From IMG/VR virus record IMGVR_UViG_3300045016_000216: DNA of 23,572 bases. One strand, written 5' to 3'. The stretch is from an uncultured virus (IMG/VR IMGVR_UViG_3300045016_000216) (lineage: Duplodnaviria > Heunggongvirae > Uroviricota > Caudoviricetes). The notes beneath the pieces were generated by a model. It saw only the letters and a program-made list of their open reading frames with translations, ran no database searches and was not told the origin of the DNA. Below are positions 23,421 to 23,572 of the stretch, one piece after another; the stretch's first letter is position 1; each line of letters starts with the position of its first letter. The position numbers and the translations under genes were made by a program.

Positions 23421-23572
23421 CCTGTAGCCTGTAGCCTGTCCTGGTCCTGTAGCCTGTCCTGGTCCTGTAGCCTGTCCTGGTCCTGTAGCCTGTCCTGGTC
23501 CTGTAGCCTGTCCTGGTCCTGTAGCCTGTCCTGGTCCTGTAGCCTGTCCTGGTCCTGTAGCCTGTCCTGGTC
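23421..23572. repeat. 18-bp tandem repeat (CCTGTAGCCTGTCCTGGT), 8 perfect copies, runs off the window
   Basis: Units start at 23428 and recur every 18 bp to 23571; preceded by a partial CCTGTAG. Confidence 0.97.

Noticed and set aside
23428..23572. Tandem repeat as protein-coding sequence
   Set aside because: No start or RBS on the plus strand after the terminator; a minus-strand gene entering from outside cannot be excluded but has no support here.

Overview
An AT-rich segment of a lytic-type dsDNA phage genome. Almost all genes from 1 to 21659 are on the minus strand. In transcription order (right to left) they are: (1) an early region of many small ORFs behind repeated consensus sigma70 promoters, including a Csx20-like ring-nuclease candidate, DUF2786-like, DUF932-like and ribbon-helix-helix proteins; (2) a replication module with an SF2 helicase, a DnaG-type primase, a possible origin/initiator region and a DnaB-like helicase, invaded by two HNH-AP2 endonucleases; (3) a 7-deazaguanine DNA-modification cluster (queD, queE, folE, gat-queC and a DpdA/TGT-like transglycosylase). 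The DpdA-like gene is absent from the ORF track, carries a LAGLIDADG intein and runs off the left edge. The non-coding divergence region (about 21740-22220) holds about 15 short palindromic boxes and seven sigma54-type GG-N10-GC elements, six of them in face-to-face pairs. Three short plus-strand genes, a terminator and an 18-bp tandem array end the window. Three genes, each behind a different promoter, share one uncharacterised ~70-aa C-terminal domain. All family calls come from motif recognition by eye; no database searches were run.
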